The position numbers and the translations under genes were made by a program. From positions 26,481 to 90,480 of the forward strand of contig NMRA01000399.1 of the NCBI GenBank assembly GCA_002633005.1: a stretch of 64,000 nucleotides of DNA. The letters run 5' to 3'. The stretch is from Phoronis australis. Its lineage: Eukaryota; Animalia; Phoronida. Shown piece by piece: positions 38,448-52,900 of the stretch; the first letter of the stretch is position 1; each line of letters opens with the position of its first letter. The notes under the pieces are model-generated. The model was not told the DNA's origin and ran no database searches. It saw only the letters and a list, made by a program, of their open reading frames with translations.

Positions 38448-40974
38448 TTTGAATACGGAAACTTTCGATAATTGCCGATCATGTACGTACACACCAAGAT
38501 TGACTAAAAATCGAAAGGAAATTTGATCTTGAATTAACGAAAGCATAGGGGGTTATGCGCAAAAATAAAAAGTAACAGTCAATCAGTACTTTAGTTTTTG
38601 GTAATATTTGCTTTTCAACATACAATTTATCACTTTCAAAGAAATTCAAAGATTTATTTGTTGTTCGATAAAATAATATCAGGCCTCTCACGTGACTTTG
38701 ACGTCATATTCGCGAGCGGGCAAGGTAGGTGAAGAAGCCATGTTTTGAGGCTCTGATTTCGATATTTTGAAATTGGTTTGTTGCGTTAAATATTACTATG
38801 TTACCTCATTTAAATTGTCTCAGTGTATATATAATGTACTCAAGACTGTTTTGGTTCTGATTTCAGGTCCCCTATGAAGAAGACCAGTGCCGAAAAGTGG
38901 AAGCAAAGTTGTCCAAATGACCTCGGAAATAGAAAATGGCCACTCCATCTAAGCACGCTTAACCACACATTGGACTGAACAGATGCAATATATACGAGAA
39001 TATAAACCACTACATAAAGGACTATTTTTGTATAACGTACGAATTTTGGTAATTAAAATTATCATGTACTATTTAAATGAATTACGTTATAATATCATCT
39101 TGTCATTTCTAACAGAAGTATGCTTATTTAAATATGAAACATGGCAGGAGTGATAAATACGCTTTGGAAAGATAATATCTGTTGTGTGATTGGTAAATAA
39201 TGTGAGATGCTTTTACTGATGCTAAATGAATTCTTAGTGTGTAAGTCAGAGTTTTTTAAGTGTTAGCTTTATCTGTTTTATTTGTGGTCTTTGATTCTGA
39301 GAACCTTCAATCACTGTAACATGCATCAGTGATTGCCTGGTTTTCAAAATCTGTGACAATCAATTTTCAATAGGGACTATTTCTGTTTTTGAATTAGAGC
39401 ACTCAAAATAATATTTCATAAACTCCTGATTACATTCAACTTTGTGTTAAAAAATTACCAATATCGTAGATATCCGATAAAATGCTAAGGAATTATAACC
39501 CTGCGGTATCCGTCTCTGGGGCCCAGTACATGTTGTACAATATAAAATTATTTGTTCAGTTTGGCATCACCAAGTGTTGTTATTGGATTGGGATGTTAGT
39601 GAAGAGAAAATTTTTTTTCATACCGAAATGTGTTATGTTGTCAAATTTTCAATAGCACTAATTAAACAGTTCAGTTTTTTAGTGCCGAAAATTGAGATTT
39701 CGTAGTACTATAATTTTTAAGGTTTGAAAAACATAAGTGCTTTTATTTCCTGAAAATAAACATCTAAGCGTTGAGCAATGAAACTCTTTTCAGGAAATAT
39801 TTTCCTATTATTTTTCTTGTGCATGCTAGTGTGTAGTGTCAGCGTTGCATTGGAAATAAATTTGGATTTAGACTACTTAACAATTAAGAATTAGTCCCTA
39901 CTTGTTCCTCGCTCCTGTGAGAAGGGGTTTTTGGTCTAGTAGTGAACATGCGGCTCATGTTCAGGAACTCTGCTCTGCAAATAATACTACACTATCACAA
40001 GTCACATTGTAGAGCCTGGTCTCAAGCCCAGAAAGTACTTAGGAACAGTTTAGTTGAGAAAATTTTTGTGAATAAATGTAGTTACATATAGCTATTTTAA
40101 AGGTTTCAAAATGTTAATGCACGTCAATTATGTTTTGAATAATGGTTCACATTAATTACAAATAGTTGAAGCATTTCACTTAACTCAATAGTTTCTGGGG
40201 TACTCTACACATATCAAACTTGTTACATGCATTTTGGGCTTTTGGTGAAACTTGGCATGGTTGAAGATGACACAATTCATTACTTACTCATTGCTGATTT
40301 ATTAATTCTTGAGCAATATTCTTAATATCCATCAACTCATCTGACATTTGGAGCATATAATCCCAATGATTTTGTGATGAGTTGTATACTTGCCAAGCAA
40401 CAGTTTTGCCCTTGAATACTTGAATTATCAGCACGCACTATGCCATCTCTCCGTCGGTAATTGTATGTTTGTATTCATTCGAACTCTATAGTCACAAATC
40501 CTTTTTCTCACTGTCTGCAATTCCTTTTTGGGGAACATCTTGTATCATCAACTGTCACTGTTCCTGTCCACTGGGTAACATGAAGGCTGCTGTGGGAATC
40601 TGGGAAATCGCTCGTTGCAGTTGTGTCAGCCCTGCTGCTCCACATAGCTGTAGATGAGTGGTGTGCAAGTTCATTTACTGACTCAAACATGGGAAACAAA
40701 AGGGGTGGATGTGCTTTGAATGAAGAATGCAGGAAATGTTAAGGCGGTAAATAGTGTTTAGTTTGCAGTCTGAATCTAAGTTTGACATATACACATAAGA
40801 TGTAGACTAGAAAATCTGCCTATTGTCTGGAGATGAAAACTGAGTGGCATTTCACGTTGATGTTGGCTTCGTTACAGTGAAAAAATGTGCTTCAATTTTT
40901 GTGCATTTTTTCTTCAGGGCTGTGAAGATGAGTTGAATGTTTCACATTGAAGAGCATTAGTAGGTGCTGACGAA

Positions 40975-43900
40975 ATGGTAATTAACATTCACATTAACTC
41001 CACACGTTTGAAGGAACCCCTGTGTGATGTCTACTGGGTTGAAAATGGCACTTTCTTGAACCAGTTGCCCTGACTTCTGCTGGAGACTCCTATCCATTAA
41101 GCTCATTTAAACGACACGCATGTCTTTCATTTCTAATTGATGTGTTATTAACTAAGGATGAAAGTTTATCTTATTTGTGTATTTAGTAACTAATGATTTA
41201 TAAGGTGAACTCGAGAGATTTCATTGTGTAAAGATAAAAGTGGCTATCGGCTTGTGTTCTAATTGTATCCCAAGGGGCAAAGTTTTGATTTGGACCATGT
41301 TCCTTAGATGTGATTTCTGGGTTTATATGTGCTGCTGTTTGGTTATTCCTCCAGACCATGGTCTCTCAAATGACGTCGCATGACAAGGAACTTCTAGAGC
41401 CTGTTTTCTAGCAGTGATGTTTGTTTCAAGCCTCAGAAGTGGCCTGCAATCTGGCTCCTGGTGAATTTTAGAGGAACTAAGTGTTTGAGTCATATTTTGG
41501 GTTTTACCACTAGGGGGTCCCCAAGTCCCCGGAGTGTGTAGTTCCCATATACAGAATGATAAATGTGGTCTAATATATGCGGGTGTTTTGTTATGCCATT
41601 CTGTTCCCTCAATGTCCAGGTATACATATAGTCTTGTTTATTGCAGGCACCAGTTGATCCTAAAATGTTATTGAATGCTTTGAATCCATTGCTGGGTAAA
41701 AATGGATGCCTGAAGGGTGTCCAAGAAGCAGAGAGAATTGCTGTGTAAGTTCCATTTATTTTGCTCTGTGGAGTCTCGCTAGTTAGGGACTGTTATTGAT
41801 GAGTGGAACTTTGCTTTTGCATTTTTATGCGCCCACATATTTAAGTGTACGCATTATGCCGTCATCTCTGTCTGTCCGGAGTCCATCCGGCATCCGCTGC
41901 TCTATTTCCGAAACCGATTGACATATGTTCATGAAATTTTGCACATGTGTTCCTTTCATGGATGGGGCGGCATGAGCGAAGTTTGGGACGGATCCGACTA
42001 CTGGTGTGCTCCCTAGTAGCAATTTGTTTTTTACATTTACCTCGGTATCTTCATAGGTCCTCGACATATTTTCATAAAATTTGGTATATAGGCATTTATT
42101 AGTGAGATGATGATATCTTCCCGTTTTCGGATGGATTTGACGTAGTTTGCGCCACCTAGTGGCCATTTTTACTGTTTTCGAGTCTGTTTTGTAGCTTCCA
42201 CCTTTCTATTAACCAAACTGCTCTAAACATGATTGTGAAAATTGGCATGTATGTTCTTACTATGAAGAGGACAGTTGACAATGATTTTCCGATGACTTCG
42301 ACTATTGTGGTACCTCCTTGTGGCAGTTTTGTTTTTTTTGCACCTATGGCTATATCTCCTAAACCGTTAGCAGGATCTTTATTACATTTAGTAAGTGCAT
42401 TTTTATGATGATGACAACGGACGAAGAGAGTGAAGAGGACGGCTGACGATGACAACTTTGACTACTATGGTGCCTTCTAGTGGTAATTTTGTTTTGTGCC
42501 CATAGCTGTATTTCCTAAACCCACTACAGGATCTTTATTAAATTTAATTAGTAAGTGTATTTATGTGAAGCTAACAACAGGCAATGACTACTTTCAGGCT
42601 TATCCAATGAACAGTGTGCCCCCAGTGGCAATTTCATTTTATTCTGTTTTCGTTTTTTTCTCTGAAGTTCTGTGACAGATTTCTATGAAGTTTAGTGTAT
42701 AGCTTTTCATGAAAGAAGCAATGACATTTTCCCGTTTTCGAATGGATTGTACGTTTTTCCGCCATCTACTGGCCATTTTTATGACATAAATAAACGACCC
42801 TAAAAGCACACCATTCGCAATGCATTCGTGGGCGCATTTCAACGCTCTGTGTTGCTCTTGTTCAATAAAGGGCTGGTTGTAAAGTCTTTTTCATGTGCAA
42901 GTTCCACACTGCAGCGACCACTAGACAATATTTGCAAAATAGTTGACATTCACAGAACCCATTGAAATATTGAAAAGGCCTGTTGGCTTTAGTTTGAAAG
43001 TGGTGAAATTTTGTTGTACTTCTACATTGTTGTGTACACCTTTCTCCAGACTGAAAATGGTGATGTGGAAATTATGGACAAGGTATTGGTGCAATAAGTA
43101 CATACTATTCTACTATGTGGTTACAAAATGTTGCACAGTGCCCTCTCATTTTGTGGTATTTACCCATAATGCTACCTATTTGCTATGTACTAATGCCCCA
43201 CACCAATTTCTCTTAAGTCTTTGAGAATTGCGTATTTTTGACCCATTCATCTCGTTTTCAAACTGCCTGAATAATTTCAAAAAGCAATTTTGTTTAGCTC
43301 GCAATTTGTAATTCTTGGCTTGGCTGAACACAGCCATATATGGTCATGGGTGGGTCTCTGCCTGTCAATTTGTTATCTCAATTTGTTTCTTTGTTGTAGA
43401 TTAATGAAAGACGCGAACAAGATGGTTAGTCAGTGTGTTTACATCAATGTGCTCAAGACAACCACAGATGAACTAGTGCTCAATAAGTAAGGCTACAACC
43501 AAGACTGGTCATGTGTAGTTAGGTCTAGAGAAACATTATATAGCATTTGAAAACAAAACTATTGAATTATACAAATCTGTTATGGACTGTTGACAAGTGT
43601 GTACTCATGAGATAACGTTTGTCAACCATATGGTAACATGTTTCCGATTTTGAACAAGTTAATGTGGACAAGTCAGTTTTCCATACAAGATATTTGGCAT
43701 CAGAATTAATGCATTCCATTCAAGTTTTGTGGTTTATTTACCTCTAGATCTATGCTTTAAAAAATGTGGACTTAAAGAAGCTACAAACTCTCCTTCCATT
43801 ACATTATATACTCTGCTTACCGCTATCAAATTGGTCGCAAAATTTTCCTTGTTCCAAAATGTGTGTAGTTTCTAGGCATGGAAGAAACTGGTAGCTTGTT

Positions 43901-46900
43901 ATGGCTCGAGACAATGCTGTTCAGTTTGGCTTGACACGGCGAGTCATGTTATTTGGCTTGACATGGCATGTCATGTTATTTGGCTTGACATGGAATGTCA
44001 TGTTATTTGGTTTGACATGTCTTGTTATTTGCTGAACATGTTCTCTGGCAGTAACGAACTGTCCACTCTTCCACCAAAATTCTAAAATCACACGACAGCT
44101 GAGTACAGAACAAGTTTGTTGTGGTCTAAGTCAAATTTTGTTTGTTTGACAGAACTTGTGTTGGCTGCCACTTTAAAACGACAATGAAAATGGATAATTT
44201 TGGAATTATGTTTTTGTTCTGAAATTTTGGACAGTAACCCCAGCAAAGTTAGTGAATGTGCAGTACTGTCTGGATAGAATTGGAAAGAGTTGTCATTGGT
44301 GATTGAACTATATGTAGTATTTAGTCATTGGTTATAATGGATATCAGGGTCTTCATCATGGAAGTATGCATTGTGTTATAATGGATATCAGGGTCTTCAT
44401 CATGGAAGTCTGCATTGTGTCAACTTCATATACAAGTGTGTGTAGATTTTATTAGACAAGTACCTAAAGCCTTATTTGGCCCTGTTTAGCCATCACTAAT
44501 TACACTAACTAACACTAACTTCTCTACTGAAGAGACAAAACCAATGGCTAATGTGTGGTGTACTCGCGGGATGTTACGTGACGGGTGTGAATGGAAGTCC
44601 CTGCATGCTGTTTTCCCTTTGATCTACGTAGTAACAGTAAACAAGACATGGAAATGTTGAGACCAGTTTTATTTGAGTACATGGCCCTGTTCGATTTTCG
44701 TTTTTAACCAGCTAAACAGAGCAGCTCTAAAAGGTTTTTTAACAACCGAATATGTCTCCATTTTGGTTGATGGTAAATGATGTGTAGTCTGTTATCAGTC
44801 TGGTAATTTACTTGGTGAAATTTACGTTGCTCTGTCGTCAAGTTTTTTTTTGCACTCTACAGGTCGCAATTTAAGTCCGATTCTCACGAAATTTGCACCC
44901 GACGTGTAGATCGGAAAGTCCTGGAAGCCTATTGTTTTTGGTCATGATCGGATTCAAAATGGAGGACGTGGCGGCCATTTGTTTTCGATCTCAGAGTCAA
45001 ATGCTCATAGAGGCCACATTTTTCGTTGTACAGGGCTGAAACGTAGTACGATTATTATAGAACACATGTGCTACAACTGTGCTGAAAATCATTGACTTCC
45101 GGTCAAAGGTGGCAAAATATTGGAACTGGCGTATGCGCACCTCGATATCTGGCCGAAACGGTTTCTCCTATAGAGGGCGCATCGGCGAACCAATCATTTT
45201 GAAACTGGTCACGTGTTTGTTGCTATTGATTGGCTTTTATAAAATTTTGTTTAACCAGAAGTCACTTTCAAGATGGCGGCTCTGGCGCATTTTCACCCGT
45301 TTTCAATTTTTCTACGGTCGCATTTTTAACAGGAAGAGCAAATGACGTGAATTTTTGCATGTGGATTCCTTGAAGTATGCTCTTTCAACGTTTTTCTCAG
45401 ACTTACCGTTTTCGAGTTATTTGACTTTGAATTTCAAAAAAAACTGCAGAATTTCAATTTTTTCGAAAAAATTATGGTATGTTGCGAAACTATCAATTTA
45501 GATAGAGTTTAGAACGGGCTTTCAGAAGATGTTTTCCATTTTTCGCTAGGGCGTCTACTTTTCGAATTACTTGACATTTTCTGATAGCGCTGTTCCTTTG
45601 TTGAGCGCTCTTACTGCATTGATGTTGGTTTACTGAACAGTAGCCTATTTCTTACTGATTTCTGACATCTTTGCTAGTCATATGAATGTTATGGTGTTGC
45701 TCATAATCCCCACTATCACAGTGTTCTCCACATTATAAATTCCAAACTTGACGCAAATGTTGAATGTCAGTTACTGACATTGTTTTGAGTCTAACCATAA
45801 GCATGGTTATGCTGGAGGTATTTATATATGATTTAAAACTGTACACTGCACTGGTGTGACCTACTTTTTAGACACTTCAAAGTTTAGCTTTCCTACCAAT
45901 GCATCTCATAATTCCTCCAAAGCATTTGACAGACCCACAGCAGCAAACAAAAGATCAAAAGTTCCTTTAATAATACCAATGCCAATTTTAATATCAATTA
46001 GACATATTAAGTACTACTAACATGAGTTCTGATGTGACCTAGTTTTTAGTGACACCTGTTGTCAAGTTTAATAAGCTCATAAAGTTCTAACTTGCCACTA
46101 GATGTCAGTCAAAATCAAAATTGTCTTTATTAAGCAAATTAAATTGCTTTTTTACAGATTGACTTGCAAAATTTTAAAGTTAGAATGACAAAGTAGATTA
46201 GTCAGTTAATTAAGCAAGCTAGGTGACTCCATGAAATGTTTGTTATTTAAAGATTTTTGCAGATTTTGTTAATTAAAATTTAAACTCTTGTAGTGTCTTA
46301 CGAAGTTATACATATANATCCATCGGGGTTTTCTTATAAACCTGTGGGCTGCTCCAAGAACACTGACTTACTTAGCCTATTAAATCGAGTCTTAAATTTC
46401 ATTCAATTTTTGTTATATAACTTAAAATATGTCATAAGAAAGAAACCATAAGTTTGACTTAATTTCTTTTGTTTAATTTCGTCTTAATTTTGACTAACTT
46501 GCTGGTTGTGGAAGTTTCAGAGTTTGACATTTAAGAAAAATCTTAGATTTATGTCTAAAATAAACTTAAAGCCTTACTTCAACGGAATTTTGTTACTTTA
46601 GATGTATTAGGCTAACCAGATAGATGTATTAGGCTAACCAGATAGTCCTAGAAAAGCCTTAGTAAAATAGGAAAACGCGAGTTAATCACGCCCGTCAAAT
46701 GATAATTGAAGTTGCCTTTTTGAGCCCTGTTGTGTCACCTCGAGATCCAGCACAAGTAGCAAAAGGTTGTGTTTAATAGGGGTCTGAATAGAACACCATT
46801 GCATGCGGGTTGTTTTTCGCAGCTATTTGTATTAATTGGTGATTCTCGCGGTGGCGTAGACAAAAGCAAGCCAGTACGCCTAACAGTTTGTTAAATTTGC

Positions 46901-49900
46901 CTATGTATGGCACTAGTGGGCTCAGAGCCATGCTCTTTACATACTGTAGGAAACAAGTTTACATGTGTTACCGTTGAAGATAGGCTTATATCAGTTTATT
47001 GGAAGGGTCCCCAGGGCTTAGGGTGTACTTTTATCTTAGTACTTGAACTCAAAAATATTCTTTGCATTTTCCATTTACATCTTTGTAGGCTCTAGATAAG
47101 TGACTATTGTGTTTACATGGATGACTACCTGATACATGGATGACTACCTAATACTATTTGGCACTTGGTTACACCAGCATTAACTCGAAATCTTGAATTG
47201 GTTCTCAAGATATCCAGTTTGTAGTTCAAATCTAGGGGTCATCAAATCTAGGGGTCATCAAATCTAGGGGTCATCAAATCTAGGGGTCATCAAATGCGAT
47301 CATGAAATAAAAACTGTTATGTACTCTAACACTAATAGACATCAATCGTGAGTGTTCACTCAAGTATTATTGAAAATTTTAAATAATTTTCAGTCCCATT
47401 CCAAGTACAAAGATTAAACCCCATGTCCAGATTGGTATGATTAGAACATTGCCAACTTCCTAATGTTTTCAGGCATGACAGTTACCTCCAACGTCAGTAC
47501 TGAGTAGTCTGCAGGAGTCCCAGACATTGAGAACCAGTTTCATGCCTGTTGTTAATGAAGAACGCTGGTTCTCAAAATGCAAGACCACGGCCATTATTGC
47601 TTCTGATTATTCTAATGAATTAAAACAGTAACATTCATGTTAAATATGGAAGTTTCATTCAATATTTAGGTTTATTGACTATTTATGTGTCGGCAATTTG
47701 TTGTGAATTGTGAGCTCGGTTTGTTTAGGACGTTTTCATCTGTTTCTGTAAAAGTTCAATATTGGATTAATCGTTTCTTCAAAAGCCATCACGAGTGCTG
47801 ATTGTAGTTTCTACAAGGTACTCTTTATCTAAAATGTTTCACATTTTCTTGCCCAAGTCGTCTATGCCAGCCAAGTCATCTCTTCGAATTTCATTTGTTG
47901 CTTCGATGTTTATGGAGATGAGAAAACTTAGGCAATGGTGACATCAATAAGCACTAGAATTAGGAAAGTTGACTGGCATAACCTCTCAATTGTTTCAAAA
48001 TGGTGTAGTATATAGTTACATAACATCCATTCTAACTAGGAATTATGTGGGTCAGTAAATGATGAGGTGGAAGGTCAAAAATTCTAAAGTTCAAATTTTC
48101 AATTCTTTGCGTGAAGTTGACTGATCTATCATCTCCCGTTTATTGATTTAATCGTGTTTAAATTTTGATGCTGATGTGTACTCTGTTTCTCATTACATCC
48201 TGCCTGTTGGATATCACATTGTTGTACATAGCCTAACCAACTCATTGACATTCATTGGCCATGCACAACTTTTATTTCAGTACCAATTCTTGTTTATGAA
48301 CTAACTAGTACAATTTGATGTAATTCGTGTGTTCTTTTTGTCAAAATGCGTAACCAATGGAAATAATTGTTAAACGGGCATTAGGCATACTTTCTGTCTG
48401 TGCCTTGTGAGGGGAATTTTTGGGTGTGAGGGGAGAACTCTTCCTCTCAATCACCATCAATATCATCCCCCCGCCCTGTTGCAAGCCAAAACATTTTGTA
48501 CTCTTTCAAACTGGCACCAGTTTGAGTGATTGGAATGTCAAAGCAATCACTTGAGGGGAATTTTGGGCCTTGGGAGGGGAATTTTGGGCCTTGTGAGGGG
48601 AATTTTGGGCCTTGTGAGGGGAATTTNNNNNNNNNNNNNNNNNNNNNNNNNNNNNNNNNNNNNNNNNNNNNNNNNNNNNNNNNNNNNNNNNNNNNNNNNN
48701 NNNNNNNNNNNNNNNNNNNNNNNNNNNNNNNNNNNNNNNNNNNNNNNNNNNNNNNNNNNNNNNNNNNNNNNNNNNNNNNNNNNNNNNNNNNNNNNNNNNN
48801 NNNNNNNNNNNNNNNNNNNNNNNNNNNNNNNNNNNNNNNNNNNNNNNNNNNNNNNNNNNNNNNNNNNNNNNNNNNNNNNNNNNNNNNNNNNNNNNNNNNN
48901 NNNNNNNNNNNNNNNNNNNNNNNNNNNNNNNNNNNNNNNNNNNNNNNNNNNNNNNNNNNNNNNNNNNNNNNNNNNNNNNNNNNNNNNNNNNNNNNNNNNN
49001 NNNNNNNNNNNNNNNNNNNNNNNNNNNNNNNNNNNNNNNNNNNNNNNNNNNNNNNNNNNNNNNNNNNNNNNNNNNNNNNNNNNNNNNNNNNNNNNNNNNN
49101 NNNNNNNNNNNNNNNNNNNNNNNNNNNNNNNNNNNNNNNNNNNNNNNNNNNNNNNNNNNNNNNNNNNNNNNNNNNNNNNNNNNNNNNNNNNNNNNNNNNN
49201 NNNNNNNNNNNNNNNNNNNNNNNNNNNNNNNNNNNNNNNNNNNNNNNNNNTTTTTGACAATATTGGACAAGACAACTAGTTCTTGTCTGTCAATCATCTA
49301 AGTTCTTAACAGGTCCTCCTGGAGGCAATTTGTTTGCAAGTGTTGGATTTTATATTTTAACCTATTAAAAATAATTAAAAAATTATGGGTCATGGGTTGG
49401 AGAAATAAATGAAAAATATGGGCGGTGGGTACGAAATAAAAGTGCCTTCCCCCCCCTCCCATACAGATTTTGCTGGAACAGCCCTTATGGATAGGTTAGA
49501 ACTGGTGACTCACAAGCGCAGGGGTCATTGACGTCTGTCACTGGGTGTTTATTGTACAAGTTGTTAGACTTGTCATACTGTCAAATTGGTATTGTTGTTT
49601 GTCACTAGTTGTTAGTGTACAAGTTGTTAGACTATTCATACTCTCAAAGTATCCACGTAGCAAACTGTTCTCAACTTGTCCCTTATCCATACTCAGGTTA
49701 GAAGGGATTTCTGGGTATTAATAGAATTGGACATTTGATATTGCTTCACAGTTTTGCTCGGCATTTCCGACTTACATTTGGATTGAGGAATTCCACTGAA
49801 ATTTGACGGATCTGTTATGTTGTAGAATACTGACGTTCTTTGTGAATTTGATTGAATGCTCAAATATTAACACAATGACTTGAACACAATCCCTTTGTAT

Positions 49901-52900
49901 GCAGACCAGCACCATCTGTCTGTTACAGGTTCATTGAAAGTGGTGGCTGGGATGTTCTCTACGCCTGGCTACAGGAGTGCAAGTCGAACAAAAACGACGC
50001 CCTCTTACAGGAGCTACTTAAGCTCTACGTCAACTTCCCAGTGACGGTTGGTCTCCTTAAGCGGAATGGATGTGCCAAGACAATTAAATCAGTCAGCAAG
50101 TCATCGGACAACGAAGGTAATAAGCCCGCACTGGACGCCAACGAACATGATCTGAGAATAATCACTGGAAAAGGTTTTGTTCAGAGTAGCTGCACCAGAG
50201 TTTGGCCCACAAGATGGTCTGAATGCAAGTATGGTATATATTGAAGTAAATAGTGATCAGGGTACGAAAAATCCCTAAAATCATTGGTTCTTGCCTTGTG
50301 TAACAATAATCAAGGAAATCTTAAATCTGTTTTTCTGGAAAATTCTGAAGTACTGACAAATGCCTCGTAGTTTTTGTGGTAAAAATTCAAATATTTGGGA
50401 ACTTGTTAAAGTTTTGACCAGTTAAAAGTGATGAAAAACAAACACAAACGAGTAAAAAAATACGATGCAGTTTTCCTAACGTGGATGTTTGATTATAGTT
50501 TATGCTGTTGTGTAGGATTGTTGAATAGAAATTCAAGTTTTAGCTGTAGTGAAATTGTGCATGCTTTCAAACAGAGGCTAGTATTTTGAGATCATGTGAC
50601 AAAGACCACATACGACGTCCACCTAAGACATAGTGTAATTGTAAGAAAGTAAAATGTTTATCCATAACTTGAGTTCATATGACATTTGTTTAAACAAAAC
50701 AAGGCACGTCATTAAAAATTTAAGTGTGCCAACACTATCATACTAGTTGTGAAATGTTGTGCACACTATGTAGTAAGAGTGATCACGCTTGTCGATAATT
50801 ACATTTCATGCTGTTGATAGTTATCCACATTTCACAATGTCGTAGAAATCACTACTTCCAATAACAAGTAAACTTTTAATAATTACTTTTGTGTACATGG
50901 TAAAAATGTTGCAAAACGGCCCATAGCAGAAGTTCCAGTTAAAACAAAATACACAAAAATCATTTTTCAATTGCTTTAGTTTGATACCTCTGTACACTAG
51001 GAAGCGCAGTAACACAAACATAGACATAATAAGAAAATGTTGCCATTTTTTGTACACTTACAGGAGTAGTCTTGTGATAGTAGTCCTCAGTATGAATGGT
51101 ACCTTAGTTACAAGTCTAACATTTGTTGATGTCATGAACCTATCGGATGTGGGTCAGAGGTTATGGACTGGAATGGGCTAATGTTTGGGGAACTACCACG
51201 CATTTCTCTATTTCATAACTGAGCATTCTCTGCATCGTCTCTGGTGGTCTGGCGTCCGCGGCTGTATCTCCTAAATCCCTTGTAGGATCTTATTGAAATT
51301 TGGCGGGTGTGTTCCAATGGGTTTGACGACAAAGGGCTAAGATTTTTGTACTGACCTGAGTACTGCTGTGCCCCCTAGTGGCAATTTTAGTTTTTTACGT
51401 TTGCCTCTGCATCTTCAAAGATCCTCAAACGATTTTCATGAAATTTGGCACATAGGCATCTATTAATGAAATGACGCTACCCTTTCGCTTTTAGGTGGAT
51501 TCGAGGCATTTTGTGCCATCTGGTAGCCCTTTTTACTATTTTCGAGTGTCCACCCCTCTATCAACCACACCACTGTAAGGATGATTGTGAAAATGGGCAT
51601 GTATGTTCTTACTATGAAGAGGACCATTGACAATGATTTTCTGACTACTTGACAACTGGGGCGCCTCCTAGTGGCAGTGTGTATTTGAAGTTGACAATGA
51701 AAGAAGACGACTTTCAGACGGATTCAATGAACACTGTTTCCCCTAGTGGCAGTTTATTTTTTTCTGTTTCTCTGAAGTTCCTTGACGGATTTTCATGAAA
51801 TTTAGTAAAGAGCTTTGTGTTAACGAAACAATGACATTTTCCCGATTTCGGACATATTCGGCGTATTTTGCGCCTTCTAGTCATTTTTACTGTTTTCTTG
51901 TGTTTTTGGCCCCCGCCCTCTGTCAACCAAACCACTCTTAGGAAGATTGTGAAAATTGGATTATATGTTCTCAGTGTGAGGCGGATGGTTGACGATGATT
52001 TTCCGTCGACTTTGATTACTGTGGTACCTCCTAGTGGCGGTTTTGTTTTTTTATGCCCTTAACTGTATCTCCTAAGCCCTATGCAGGATCTTTATTATAT
52101 TTAGCAGATGTATTTATGTGAAGTTGACAACAAAAGACATCGACTTTCTTGTGTATCCCAACGAACGCTGTGGCCCCTAGTGGCAATTTCATTTTTTCTG
52201 TTTTGCTCTGGAGTTCCTTGACACATATTTATGAATTGTCGTAAATAGCTTTGTGTTAAAGAAACAGTGACATTGTCTTGTTTTTGGATGGATTCCAAGT
52301 ATTTTGCACCATCTAGTGGCCATTTTTATGTCACAATTAAACACTGCTAAAAGCACACCGTTTGCAGTGCATTCGTGGGTGCATTTCAACGCTTCGCATT
52401 GCTCTTGTAAATTTAAATGTGTCCCGTTTTGATAACTGATGGTTGAATATATGCTTGGGCAAATGGGTCATCAAATCTGTTGAACCTTGTATCAGTTTTA
52501 ATGTTTGTGCCAACACATTCACTAAAATATTCCAAATTGTTCCATAGTGCTAAAGCACTACAATACAGTAAGCAGTATCTTACCTTATGTCCTTGTGCTC
52601 TTGTCCATTTAGGTACAAAGCCTGTACGAATTCACACATTTTTAACTGTTCAGTTACTCCATCAGACAGCAACAAATAAAATAAGCTGTATTTCAAGGTA
52701 TTTTAGTGAAACCAAAGTTTGAGTTACTTATTAGCAATCAATTGCCCAATTCAGTTCCATTTTGCATTTAAAAATATCTGTTTCTTTCAATAATGACTTC
52801 ATACGTTTGTGGATACTATTTGATTTGAGCAGTTTTAGTTCATTGAACACCACTGGTTGCCTCCACCATAGAATGAGGCTATAGAAATATACCTGGCATT

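Larger units (their letters stand above)
37477..38975. repeat. About 730-bp duplicate flanking an N gap (37477-38205 vs 38248-38975)
   Basis: Near-identical, with a few SNPs and a 42-N gap between the copies. Confidence 0.9.

Noticed and set aside
41600-41646. ATGTCCAG|GT as the PPP1R10 start exon
   Set aside because: It would need a 27-nt intron and the ATG is out of frame with APVDPK.
48506-49297. Long ORFs of 242-263 aa
   Set aside because: They consist almost entirely of N-gap sequence plus a 21-bp repeat.
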